Shown one piece after another: positions 48,421-60,490 of a DNA stretch of 64,000 nt. Location: NCBI GenBank assembly GCA_028534125.1, contig CM052821.1, positions 18,476,001-18,540,000 on the forward strand, written 5' to 3'. This DNA is from Lama glama. Taxonomy: Eukaryota. Positions within the stretch are counted from its first letter, which is position 1. Every line of letters starts with the position of its first letter. The translations under genes were made by a program, and so were the position numbers. The notes under the pieces were generated by a model, which worked only from the letters and a program-made list of their open reading frames with translations, was not told the DNA's origin and did no database searches.

Positions 48421-50909
48421 TGCCCTTGTAAAAAGTCCTAAGCCTCCTGAGATATGGAAATGTATATAAGATAGGGAATGTTTATTTTCACTTTCCCTAG
48501 AAGGATTTTACTCTGCACATACCATGAGAATTAGATTCTGTAAGCAACTGCTCTAGTTAACTGCTCTAATTCAGATGGTTACAGCCTGGACCAGGACCCG
48601 ATGGTAGCCCTCAAGGAGTCAGGAATATCGGGTCTCCATCTCTCTAAATATTTATGTTTTAAAAGGGAAGCCAGGACTTCAGACACATCTCCAGGTTATA
48701 AAAGCTGGAGACACCCATGGTTTCTCTGGCCCTTGGAAAGACATAATTACCTTCTGAGAAGAGTAGAGAACCCAGGATCCTTTCTATACCTCAATAAGAA
48801 GCAAAAGGTTATTTTCTTTCTCTTCTTTCAGGAGAGGAGGAGGATGACTGACTCTCTCCAGTACATAAATGGAGAAAATCCATAGTAGCCTCCAGCTACT
48901 CTTGTAGGACATTTGACCTGACTTTCATGCCATCACCCCAGGGATAAGGTCTGGGATAAGTGAGCTATCCCACTATCAACTGTGAGGTAATTATAAGAAA
49001 TCTCCCTCCTACCCAGAACACCTCCCAGGCATATTAAGGTTTAAACTAATAAAGATGAATATTAAAAACCCAACAGCCACTCCAAAATTATAAAAATAGT
49101 GTATCTTCTGGTAATTTATCATTTTATTTCATACGTTTAAATGCTGATACATCTGTACTTTATTTGGTGTATGGATAGAGTGAGATAGATTCAGTTTTTT
49201 CCCTATAGCTAGCTCTCCAATTGACATAAGCCCATTCTTAGAAATAAGTAAACCTCAGTGGGATGGGAAGCACAGGCAGAGACATTTTATTCCTATCTTG
49301 TAATTAGGATATCCAAGGGCCAAAAGGATTAAATGGTTTTAAATTACTGAAAAACACTGGTGGAACCAGAACTAGATTTTTGGTCAAAAAAAAAAAAAGA
49401 AAAAGAAAAAAGAGGCGGGTTCTTTACTTTCTTTCTGGCAACCAATGGTCCATTATACCTAAAAATAATCTACAGGAAGAAATGACTGGAAGATGATGAC
49501 AAGATGAATTATGCAGCCTTGACTGGCAGTAAGTCTTAGAGCAAGACACAATATCCATAGCAATTTCTCCTCATACAGATTCTCAGAACAAATTCCAGAG
49601 TGACTTGTGCATTTCCTGTCTATAAGCTGTCTCTTTCAATGGTAAAAGTCTTAGGAAATTTGTAAATATGTAAATAAACCACGGTGCCTACTTTAAACAG
49701 CAGATTAAAGGAAAAAACTACCATCAAAAGCAAAACCTTTGACTTCTTTCATATACAAAAAGTAAGCAAAACTAAATCACTTTTCCATCTACCTGAAACT
49801 AACACAATACTATAAATCAACTATAGTTCAATTTTTTTTAAGTAAACAATTTAAAAAATAATTAATCTATGTATTTTTTTCTAAGGACCATTACTCAGAA
49901 CTCCCTAAGAAGGTGGAATTTTCCCAATGACCAATTTCATACAATCACAAACACTTTATTTCTATTCTTTTATTTTTAATCCTTAAAAATGTGTCTCATG
50001 AATCAGATGACTTGTTCACATCTTTTCTTTAAGGATCCCTAAGATTCCAATTGAAATGGGAAAAAAAAGCACCATGAAAATGTTCCTGCTCTAAGCTGAA
50101 TGCAGTTTGTTGGGAATACCGACAAAGCAGAAAGTGAGATATGTGTGGACTTGGAAATACCATCTGATGAAGGTCACTGGCAATATGAGTTGTGGATATA
50201 TGGAGGCCACACGTGTGTGCCTTTATCCTGCCAATTCAACTTTAACTCACAAAATGTAGGCACACCTGGTGAGTTTTTGCTTTTTTCTTTTCTATTTGTC
50301 CAGACAACATCATAACATTTTAAAAATATTAAATTAAATGGGAAAAGGGCATACATACCACCTTTATAACATCTTAATTGTTTTTGTTTTTAATTCATTC
50401 AATCTGTCATTGAATGCTTATTTTGTTTCAAACTTATTTACATGTACTCATTTTATATAGTTGTAATTTTAGAGTATAAAGGAAGAAAAATGTTTTACTC
50501 ATTTTCACTTAACATTTCTTTCAATGTTACATTTTCCACATAGTTCTGCTTTTTATTTTATCATAAATTCAGGAGTGATAAAATAGTCCAATCCATTATA
50601 ATATATAATTTGCTTAAGAGTTTCCCTTTTGTGTTTATTAAAATTGGTCTCAGTTTTTTGCTAATGTAAGAAGCGTTACAGTATGCATTAAACATACTGG
50701 CCTATATAAATCAATTGTGAATAATTAATTTAGAATAAATCTCCAGAACTGATAGCAAAGGGTCAGAATTTCTGCACATTTTCTGGCTCTTAATATCACA
50801 TTATTTCCCAAGGCAACTATCCATTTGCATAGCAACAAACAAATTATGAATATACACATTTCCCTGGCCAATCATCGACTTTGGATATTAAAATTACCTC
50901 TTGAAATTT

Positions 50910-51320
50910 AGATTGTCATTCTAAGTGGAGCCAGAAAGAAAAAGAAAAATACCATATGATACCACTTATATGTGGAATCTAAATAAAAAGGACAAATGAA
51001 CTTATTTACAAAACAGAAACAGACTCACAGACATAGAAAACAAATTTATGGGGTAGGGAAGGAAGGGGATGGGAAGGGATAAAATGGTAGTTCTAGATTT
51101 GCAGATACTACCTAGTATATATAAAATAGATAAACAACAAGTTCAAACTGTATAGCCCAGAGAACTATATCCAATATCTTGTAGTAAGTTATGGTGAGAA
51201 AGAATATGAAAACAAATATATATATGTTCATGTATGACTGAAGCATTATGCTGTACACCAGAAACTGACACAACATTGTAAACTGACTATATTTTAATAA
51301 AAATACGTATATAAAAAATA
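50910..51320 (+). mobile_element. Young camelid-type L1 3' end
   Basis: Closely similar to 25555-25945 (GACTCACAGACATAGAAAACAAA...ACATTGTAAACTGACTATA...AATAAA). Confidence 0.93.
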
Positions 51321-51495
51321 ATTCTTCATTGTATGAATTAATCATTTTTAAATTACTGGCAAATCTGAATGCTTTCCCAAATATTTGTTTATTTTCCAAA
51401 CTTCTTTTTAATTTTCCATGTCATTTTTTCATGTATATATTAGGATATTATTGGAGTTCTTATAAAGTTATATGAGCTTTTCACATACCACAGAG

Positions 51496-51696
51496 CGGAG
51501 TTTCTCACCCTTGGCATTATTGATATTTTGAGCTAAACAGTTCTTTGTAGGGCTATCCTGTGATTGTAGGATGTTGAACAGGTCTCTACCAACAAGATGC
51601 CAGTAGCAACGCCTATAAGTTGTGACAGCCAAAAATGTCTCCAGAAGTTGCCAAATGTCCCTAGGAGACAAAACTGCCCCAAATTAAGAAGCACTG
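51496..51696. mobile_element. MER20 (hAT-Charlie MITE)
   Basis: TTGTGACAGCCAAAAATGTCTCCAGAAGTTGCCAAATGTCCC; degenerate 8-bp TSD CCACAGAG/CCATAGAT. Confidence 0.88.
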
Positions 51697-51829
51697 CCAT
51701 AGATCATAGCAGAAATAGCTATCAAGTACTATACAGTCACTACCTGATACTGTTCTAAGTGCTTTATCTATATTCATGCATCTTATATATACAACGCTAC
51801 AAGTCCCCCTTTACAAAAGGAAAAATTGG

Positions 51830-52175
51830 TTCCATTAACATCAGGGACCAAACTTTCTTTCTGCTTGTCATTTTCAGTGGGTGGTTTCCGTCCTCAAGGT
51901 GACCTCAGGGTAACCTTATGGTTGCAGGAGTTCCAGCTATCACAATCTTACTCTGGGTAGGAGGAGGGAGAAAGAAGAAAGGGTTTATCTCCCAGCTGAG
52001 TATCTTTCATTTAGAGTATTCCCACTGGCCACTCCTGTCTGCAAGGAAGGCTAAGAAATGTACTTTGAATTTTTTAAAAATCTGGACACAAATTTATCCC
52101 TATCAATATAGGGGTCTATTTCTAAGGAAGTAGGGGAGAATAATTATTGGGTAGGAAAATAGTGGTCTCTAACCA
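51830..52175 (-). mobile_element. MaLR LTR (MLT1J/K-like) inside a MIR
   Basis: ATGGTTGCAGGAGTTCCAGCTATCAC; GGCCACTCCTGTCTGCAAGGAAGGCT. Confidence 0.65.
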
Positions 52176-52714
52176 AGGAAAATGAGGCTAATTGGAATGA
52201 AATTATTTGGTCAGGGTAACATAACTAGTTTCTTACGTAGGTCATAAGAAATCTCTGAAACTATATCCTGTTACTGTACAATCCTCAGGGGCACAGTGAC
52301 CTCATATTCTACATAAATGAAACTGTTCTATACCTTACAGTGGTGTAGTGTATGACTTATACCATCACAGATGGTGACCTGTCTCTTCCTTCTACACTTA
52401 GTAAATTTTGTGTGTTATACCTCTCACCTCCACCCCCAGGAATCCTGCTTTCCCTGTTCTGTTCAGTTGGAGCCAAATATTCAGTGCTGCATATTTTAAT
52501 AGAGAGGTTAGTTCACTGTTCATTTGTTAGAGGTTCTCTTTCTGCCCGGGAGGATAAATCCTCCTCAGGTTTCTGTGCACCTGGTCAGGGACTTCCCTGA
52601 TTAGGAGTAAAAATGGAAAGAGGCCATCATCTTTTCACTTCTTATAACTGAATGAGTAAGTCAAGAAGTTTGCACTGCAGGTAGATTTTCTTCAACTTGT
52701 ATGAAAAAAAGTAC

Positions 52715-53080
52715 ATGTTATAAGTGAAATAGGTCAAAGAAAGACAAATATCATATGATTTCATTCACATGTGGAATATAAAAAATAAGACAAACAAAAA
52801 TTCAAGAAAAAAAACAAAATATATGAAGAAACCAAACAAAAACACACAGATGCAGAGAACAGAGCATTGATTACCAGGGGGGAGGAATAGGCAGTGGGGT
52901 GAAATGAGGAAAGGGGACCAACTGTATGGTGATGGATGGAAAAGTAAACTTCTGGTGGCGAGCACACTGTAGGATATACAGAAATAGAAATATAATGTTG
53001 TACATGTGAAACCTATATAATGTTATAAACCAATGTCACTTAAACAAAAAATAAATCTTAAAAAAAAACAAAAAAACAAA
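52715..53080 (+). mobile_element. L1 3' UTR (L1MA9/artiodactyl-type)
   Basis: GACAAATATCATATGATTTCATTCACATGTGGAAT...GGGGACCAACTGTATGGTGATGGATGG, then an A-rich tail. Confidence 0.88.
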
Positions 53081-53479
53081 CATGAGTGTAGGGAGGGTTA
53101 GAGAATTGGGAAAGGAAAAGAGTGAACACAAGCTTGTTCCCCTTCCAGTTCCACCTTGGTCACTAACCACATGCTTGCCAAAGAAAAAGTATATATTAAA
53201 ACACCAGTTTTTAAGGGTCTCTCTTCTTAACTAGAAGCTATCCATTTTAGGCATTAAGGCTTTTGCCAATATTAATAGAGTAATACTTTGACTGTCATCC
53301 AAGTATAATCCTCATGTGTACTTTCCCTTATTGAGAACATTGAAGAATGGGGGGGAACCACTCATAATATCATTTAATCATAAATTAAAGGAACCAAGTT
53401 TGGAGACTTATTTTTAAAAATTAATCATTATATTTTATGCCTATATATCACAATAGAACACTTTAAAGTAAATCAATAT

Positions 53480-53773
53480 TGTCACTTATATGTGGAATCT
53501 AAAAAAAAAAAAAGACACAAGTGAACTTGTTTGGAAAACAGAAACAGATTCACAGACATAGAAAACAGACTTATGGTTGCCAGGGGGTGAAAGGAGTGGG
53601 AAAGGATAAATTGGGAGTTTGAAATCTGCACTTCTTGGGGAGTATCTTGATTGTGGTGGTGGTTTCATAGGTGTATACATCTATCAAAATTCATCAAATT
53701 GTACATCTGAAATACGTGTAGTTTACTGTACAGAAATTATACGATAAAGTTATTTAAAATAAGTAAATAAATA
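53480..53773 (+). mobile_element. Chimeric L1 retroposon (young 3' UTR fused to an ancient L1 tail)
   Basis: Perfect 15-bp TSD AAAGTAAATCAATAT at 53465-53479 and 53774-53788; junction near 53629. Confidence 0.8.
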
Positions 53774-55269
53774 AAAGTAAATCAATATATTCCTGAAACA
53801 GTTGCTATTCTCTTTCCCTAAAAGTTGAATTTGGGGTGGTGGGGGTGGATATTGATTAAAGATTTGTGATTGGGTTGGGTTATTGTATTGAAGGTTTCAT
53901 TGTATGAAGTTATAAATGCAATGAACTGGGATCTCGCTTTCCTGATAGGATAGGACATGGGTATACTTTTCTAAGTATAGGACTCTATTTTTGAAGATAT
54001 GATCACTGCAGCCTGAAGTCAGAAAATGAGGAGTCTTCCTGGAGCCATCCTGGGGTCTTTCAGTAAACTGAAAGTAACTGTGTGAAAAGGAATCTCCAAG
54101 AGAGGCCAGGGGAGTGCCACCAGCCCACCACTACAGAGAAGTTCAAAGCTAAATCAACTCAGAAAAAAAATGCTCAACCACAGGGCGGATGTGCTGCTTT
54201 TCACACCCGAGTCATTTATTTGAAAAGCAAAGGCAGTAATTTTTTGAAGCCTTCACAATGTTAGGATTACTCCGGAAGAGAGGTAAAGAAACACTAAACT
54301 TCCCCTTCCAGTGTCTTCCTTACTCACTTGCTTCTCCCAAGCAGATTCTTTAAATCTTATTTCCTTACTCTTCAACAGGAAACTATAAAATTAAGACAAT
54401 CATTTTTAACATTTAGGGGTATTCATTTAATTGATATGTTCACTATTATGCCTATTATGAAAATAGGAAGAAGTCTCTGGGAAGTGAGTGCAAGTCCCAC
54501 ATGGACAAATGACAAGAGTATTAATTGGCTAAACATACCACTAAGGCTTTAATTCTAATAGTCTGTTAAATAAATGAATAATACATTCTAAAGACAATTA
54601 GACTATGCTTCAAAAAGCCAAATTAGTATAATCAATTAGGGCCCCCAAAAAAGCCAATTAAGTGAAAAAAAAAACCCAGAAATATCCAAATGTCCTTTGA
54701 TATGTTAATGTCATCAAATTTTCACTCTGTCTCCTTACTTACTATCTAAGAATTAATGTAGAAAATCCTTAAGGTCATCCCCAAACTGCATATCATTTAG
54801 AAAGAGCAGACATTTGCTAAAGTATTTACCCAGTTTGGATAAGGCTTAAAACTTACTCAAAATATTTCTGTTGAAAGCCTATCTGAATGACAAGTCACTG
54901 GAAAAAAGGTAGTCTGGACAGGCTATTGGGGCATAAACTATTACTGGACAGTTTTAGCATCATTCAACTCCTGCTGCAACCACACTGATGAGAATGGAAA
55001 TTCTATACATTCAGTTACATGATTTGCATACTGGAGCAGTTTGTGAATACTGGAACAGAGGCCCCATGCTTAGGTCTCTTGCATTTCCCACACTCTTCTC
55101 TGAACTCCTGTCTCACTTATGGTCAATACCACATAGCTCACTGCTTATGCAGTCTTCCATTCTTTGGGTCCCCAAGCAGTTTGGAAGTTCCATATGTGAC
55201 AGAGAACCCTGTTACATTTATCATGTATCCCCCACAATGCCTTTTACAGAAGTAGCCATGCTTGCATGC

Positions 55270-56220
55270 ATTTGTTCTTCCACTCATTCACCTACTGCGT
55301 ACTGGGAGCCTATATGTGCCAGAATCAGCTCTACATATATGCTGAGGATACGGACTGTATAATGTCTCTACTCTTCTAGGCCTTAAATTTGAATGAGATG
55401 AGACAGTAAACAAACAAGAAAAACACCAGAGGTGACAAATATAATAGAGAAAATTTAAATAGGGTAATATGATAGAGAGGAATTGAGTGGCTACATTGAA
55501 TTGGGTGGTCAGTGACCTCTCTGAGAAGGTGATATATAATAGAGACCTGAATGACCAAGGGCCAAATGATGAACTGGGTTGACAGGTACTATGGAGCCAG
55601 CAGAAGCCCTATGTGGCCAGAGCACAGTGAAAGAGGAGGAATATGATGGGAGAAGAGCAGGGAAGAGCTCTCAGGATTTTGGAACCCACAGTTTAGCATG
55701 AGGATTTTATTCTAAATGCAGCACAGGATTTTCCCAGGAAAATTACATGATTCAATTTACATTTTTAAAAGATTTCTCTAGCTATTGTGTGCAATAGAAA
55801 GAAAAAAAGAGGGTAATTAGATTATTATAATAGTTCATGAGAATCACTGTGTACTTGGATGAAGGTAGAATTAACACAGATGAAGAAATATAGATTGAGG
55901 AGATGTCTTAGGGGTATCTTCAAGAGGATTTTCTGAAGAATTGAATCTAGGGGTATGATGAAAAGAAGGGAATCAAAGACTATTCAGATTTTTCATTTGA
56001 ATAAATGACTTTTGAATAAATGATGTCTTTTACTGAGATGGATGAGGAACATATATGCAGGAGGTGAGGGTAAAAGGGGAATCAAGAGTTCCTTTAGTTT
56101 GAGATGCTAATTAAAGATGCTAATTGAGATGCTAATTAAAGGCTGGGGTGAAGTTATTTATCTGGGACTCATCAGCCCACACATGGTACCTAAAACTCCA
56201 AAACCATGGACTGGTTCAGA
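55270..56220 (-). mobile_element. L2 3' region
   Basis: CACTCATTCACCTACTGCGTACTGGGAGCCTATATGTGCCAG; GACCTCTCTGAGAAGGTGATAT. Confidence 0.8.
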
Positions 56221-56994
56221 TCACACCTAATAGGCAGAAAAGCTAAGAAGGACCTGCTTAGAGGTTGGGGGCCCTTCCTGTTTGTATTAGTAATTAGCAG
56301 ATGAGCAGGCTAAACAAATATGACAGCTGAGAAGGTATTTTCACAGCATCTATATCAAAAGGTAAATAATTAGTATCAGATTCCCTCCCCTTTTTAGCAG
56401 AAAAGGACACTGATTAATAAGTGGTGGTTTGCTGTTTTCACCAAGACATTCAGCATAAGAAACTCTGATCAAAGTCCCGAAGTACTGGAAGAATGAACAC
56501 TATATATTTATTGGATTTCTGTTTTAGTAAATACATGTATAGGTTTCTCATATTTCACATATTGGACTATGAATTATTAACATCGTTTTTAAACAGAAAA
56601 TTGAAATGACATTTGCTTTAAAACTGTTCTGTAATTGTCTTGATCTATGAAATGCAAGAACGAAAAAGATCACTTGAATCTTAATGTAGTTCCTTTAATA
56701 AACTTTATTTGTAATAAGTATAAGGAAGTCAAGAAAGACTGGATGAGCTGGGATAATGGAGTCACTGTCTATGTGAGAAAGTAAAATGCATCTTTCTAAA
56801 AAGCTTATTTTCTAATTACATAAGAAATATAATATAATATGATTATTAAAAAAGCAAATACAACACTAAAGCCCACCTTGAAAATACTCCTCAGCCTCAG
56901 GCTTAACCCTAGAGGTAGCCATCTTACCATAAAACTGTTAATTCCTTGAGTATTTTTGTCCATGTGTCCATGTGTTTGCACTTGTGTGTACAAG

Positions 56995-57026
56995 CATATG
57001 TATGTATGTATGTGTGTGTGTGTGTG
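56995..57026. repeat. (TATG)n(TG)n microsatellite
   Basis: Directly visible. Confidence 0.9.
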
Positions 57027-57447
57027 CATAGCAGATGCTGTTGTTGCTCTGCCCAAATCCCCTTTTCTGCTGCTGCTAGCATTGGCTGAGAGTAACTCAG
57101 AGCTTCCCTTTCCTCTTGGTAATTGCCCTTGGCCAAAAGTGAGCGGTGACTACTCCCTATATCCCTGGGGTCTGTGGGTAGGCCATAGTAGGTCAACAAT
57201 GGATTGACAAAGGAATGCAAAATAGCCTCAAGGTGGGAACCATCTTGCTGCAATTTGCATTCCAGAGCAACTCTGCACAATCAGACTGAGCTGGTTTCTA
57301 CCCAAGATCACATTCCTGCTTTGCCTTCCTTCCCTGTCCTACCCTGCTTTTCTCACTCCCCCTTCTCCTAAGAGCACTTTTCCAATAAATTGCTTAAATA
57401 AGAATCACTGTCTCAGGCTCTGCTTCTATGAGATCCAACTAAGACAC
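57025..57447 (+). mobile_element. ERVL solo LTR (LTR16C-like)
   Basis: TAGCAGATGCTGTTGTTGCTCTGCCCAAATCCCC...CAATAAAT...TCTCAGGCTCTGCTTCTA...CAACTAAGACA. Confidence 0.85.
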
Positions 57448-58296
57448 TGTATTTCCATATCCATATATGCATATGAAAGTAAGTTTTACATAAATGTTAA
57501 CAGACTGTGCATATCATTAACTATTTAACAATTTTCTTTGAAGGCTTTTGTATCAATATGCACAGGTCTGTTTCATTATTTTTAATTAAAATACACTATT
57601 ACACTGTAGGGAAAAAGAGACAATTTCTCAAACTTAAAAAATGTTCCAATACCGTAAACAAACGTCATCATTGTTGGTTACACTTCCTTGATTACCAGAA
57701 GTAGAGTCATCTTGTATACTTATGGTCCTTTTGTAACTCCTCTTCTATGAATCATTTTCATATCCTTCGCCTATTTTTCCATTGGACTGTTTGTCTTTTC
57801 CTTATGTATTATCATTGGTTCTTTATAAATTCTGAATATCGCTCGTCTTTGATATGTTACAAATACTTTTTCCTAGTTATTGCTGAGTTTTATGATTTTT
57901 GTGTATGTGTGTGTGTGTGGTCTTTTCTGTTATTCAGAAGTTTAACAATTTGCTGAAAAAAATTTACATTTTTTCTTAATGCATTGACATATTTACTTTA
58001 AGAAGATCACTCCACCACAAAGTCATAAACATATCCTCCTGTATTTTCTTCTAATATTTTATAGTTTTATATTTATTCATTTAATCCACCTGTTTGTTTT
58101 TTTTTTATGACTGGCATTAGCTGTTGATATAATCTTACTGTATTTTCTATAATGCATAACAAATTGTCCCATATACACACATGGCTCATTCCTGAATTCT
58201 CAATACTGTTCCCACTGATCTTTTTTGGGATTTCTTCCCAACTTTAATACCATATTATTTTTATTACCATAGTTTTACTGTATTTACTGGGGAAAA

Positions 58297-58464
58297 AAAA
58301 AATCCGTGTATAACTTTACATTTAGATCTCCATATCCATGGTTCTGCATCCACAGATTCAACCAACTACAGATCATGTAGTGCAATAGTACATATTTATT
58401 GAAAAAAAATCCATGTATAAGTGGACTTATGCAGTTCAAACCCATATTGTTCAAGGATCAACTG
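58297..58464 (+). mobile_element. Tigger2-derived MITE, left end deleted
   Basis: Matches 3157-3312; right TIR TTGTTCAAGGATCAACTG followed by TA. Confidence 0.85.
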
Positions 58465-59491
58465 TACTGAGTTTTCCCATGCTCAAACACTGTATATAGT
58501 TATTTACTTTTAATACATCAGGTCTTCTTTTATACTCTTCAGTAAATTTTTATTAGTTTTTCCATAAATCTTGCATATCCCTTATTGCATTTATTCTTAA
58601 ATATTTCATATTTTTCCTGTAGTTGTAAATAAAATATTTCTCTACTATGTTTTTAATTGGTCATTGCTGCATTTTTTAAAGCTGGTGCTTTTTAAATGTT
58701 GATCAACACCCCTTTTTAATCTCTCCAATTAGTTCCAGTAATTTTTTATCAGTTTTCTTGGCATTTTTACATTGCTATCCTACATACTACATAAATAACA
58801 ACATCATGTCTTTCTTGGTGACAGTGATATCTAGTGCATATTTTTATTTTGGTATTACAGTGAATAGTGTCTTTTCATATCATTGATTATTAAGCACCCA
58901 TCTTTTCCCTCATAGGTGTATTTACCACAAATATTTCTTCTTCTGTAAAATACCTACTTTTTTCTTGTGCTCATTTACTAAGTGAGTAGTCATTTCCTTA
59001 TCAATTTAAGTTCTTTATAAATTTGATACTTAAGCTTTGTTGATAACACTGTAGCTATCAGCTTTCTCCAGTTATAGTCTATCCTTTTACTTTTCTGTGG
59101 ACTCTGATTAATAGAGTTTTAATTTTAATGTAGTCAAATATATGATTCCCTTAATGTTTAATCCTTTTATTTAAGAGTTTTAAGACTTAAGAAAGTGTTT
59201 TATACCACACAGTGATAAAAATTTACTCTTACGTTTTCTTGTAAAAGCTTAAAACATTTAATTTCATCTGGAAAAGAATTTCATGTATAGTATGTGCTAG
59301 GGATCCAATTCCTTATTTAAGTAATTGTCCCAGTATCATTTCTTGAACATTTTCTTGACACGGTAATCTAAAATGCCACCTCTGAAATACATCAAGTTTC
59401 CAAAAATACTTTAGTTTGTTGCTAGACTCTCCATTCTCTGTGGTTGGTCTGCATTACCATGCACAAATACCACACTGTCTTAATTATTATA

Positions 59492-59706
59492 CAATTGATC
59501 CTTGAATAACATGGGATTGAACTGCATGGGTCCATTTATACATGAATTTTTTTTTCAATACATACGTACTATAGTATAACATCATTCACGGTTGAGTCCA
59601 TGATGCAGAACTGTGGATGTGCGGGGCTGAGAGTAAAGTTACACATGGATTTTCAACTTCAGGGGGGTTGGAGGCCCTAATCCCGACATTGTTCAAGGGT
59701 CAGATG
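59492..59706 (-). mobile_element. Tigger2-derived MITE, orientation opposite to the 3103 copy
   Basis: TA-CAATTGATCCTTGAATAAC...TTGTTCAAGGGTCAGATG-TA. Confidence 0.88.
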
Positions 59707-60269
59707 TATATTCATAAGTCATGATGTCTCATAACCCATCTAATTGTTGTTCTTCAGCAATGTTTTGGTTTTTCTTGGCCTTCACTTGCCATATTAATTT
59801 TAGAATATGTCAAGATTCAATAACAAAAATCTGTGAGATATTGACTGAATTTCATTGATTCTATGGATTAATTACTGAAGGACTGACTTTAAAGTGGTGA
59901 GCCTTCTTATCTATAAACATTTAAAAACACACTATATCTCTCCATTTATTTAGGTATATTAAATATTTTTCAAAATAAGGTTTAATAACCTTCTCAAACA
60001 GGTTTTATATACTTTTTGTAATATACTTTCAGATGGTCTTTGTACCTCTGACTTTCATCTGTTTGTCTTTCCTGTCCATTAGTATACCCAATCAATCTTC
60101 CTAAGTAAATTTTACCACATTAACCCCAGACTCAAAAATCTATGGTAACTACCTGTTGCCTATGGAATCAACACAAACTTCTCAGGCTGAGATTTAAGTG
60201 ACTCTGTTTACCCAGTCAATATCATATTTACTAGGACTCTTTTCCATTTGTTTATTTAGGGTGGAATTA

Positions 60270-60490
60270 CAGTATAGAAGTGAACAGTTTATTTAGGTAA
60301 TAAAATCTAACAAAATTCGAGACAAGTCCTGACTCCATCACTTACTGAATTATGTTCCCTGAGTTCCTCCAAATAAGAAAAATATGGATAATCCTAGCAT
60401 AGGATGTTGTGAAGAATAAATGACAGTACACACAAATTATGTAGCACTTGTGATTTATTGGTGTTAATTGCCTATTACTGTATTAATGTT
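60270..60490 (+). mobile_element. MIR
   Basis: CAAGTCCTGACTCCATCACTTACTG...CATAGGATGTTGTGAAGAATAAATGA. Confidence 0.7.

Larger units (their letters stand above)
57480..60020 (-). mobile_element. Cluster of ancient L1 (L1M/L1ME) ORF2 fragments
   Basis: TTTTAATTTTAATGTAGTCAAAT; AATACCACACTGTCTTAATTATTA; CTCCATTTATTTAGGT. Confidence 0.7.

Noticed and set aside
56101-56140. Three AGATGCTAATT units as a CRISPR-like or functional array
   Set aside because: Simple slippage duplication inside L2 with no spacers
58250-59710. Two Tigger2 MITEs targeting the same L1 motif
   Set aside because: The first junction is a deletion breakpoint, so its true insertion site was about 200 bp away in L1 coordinates
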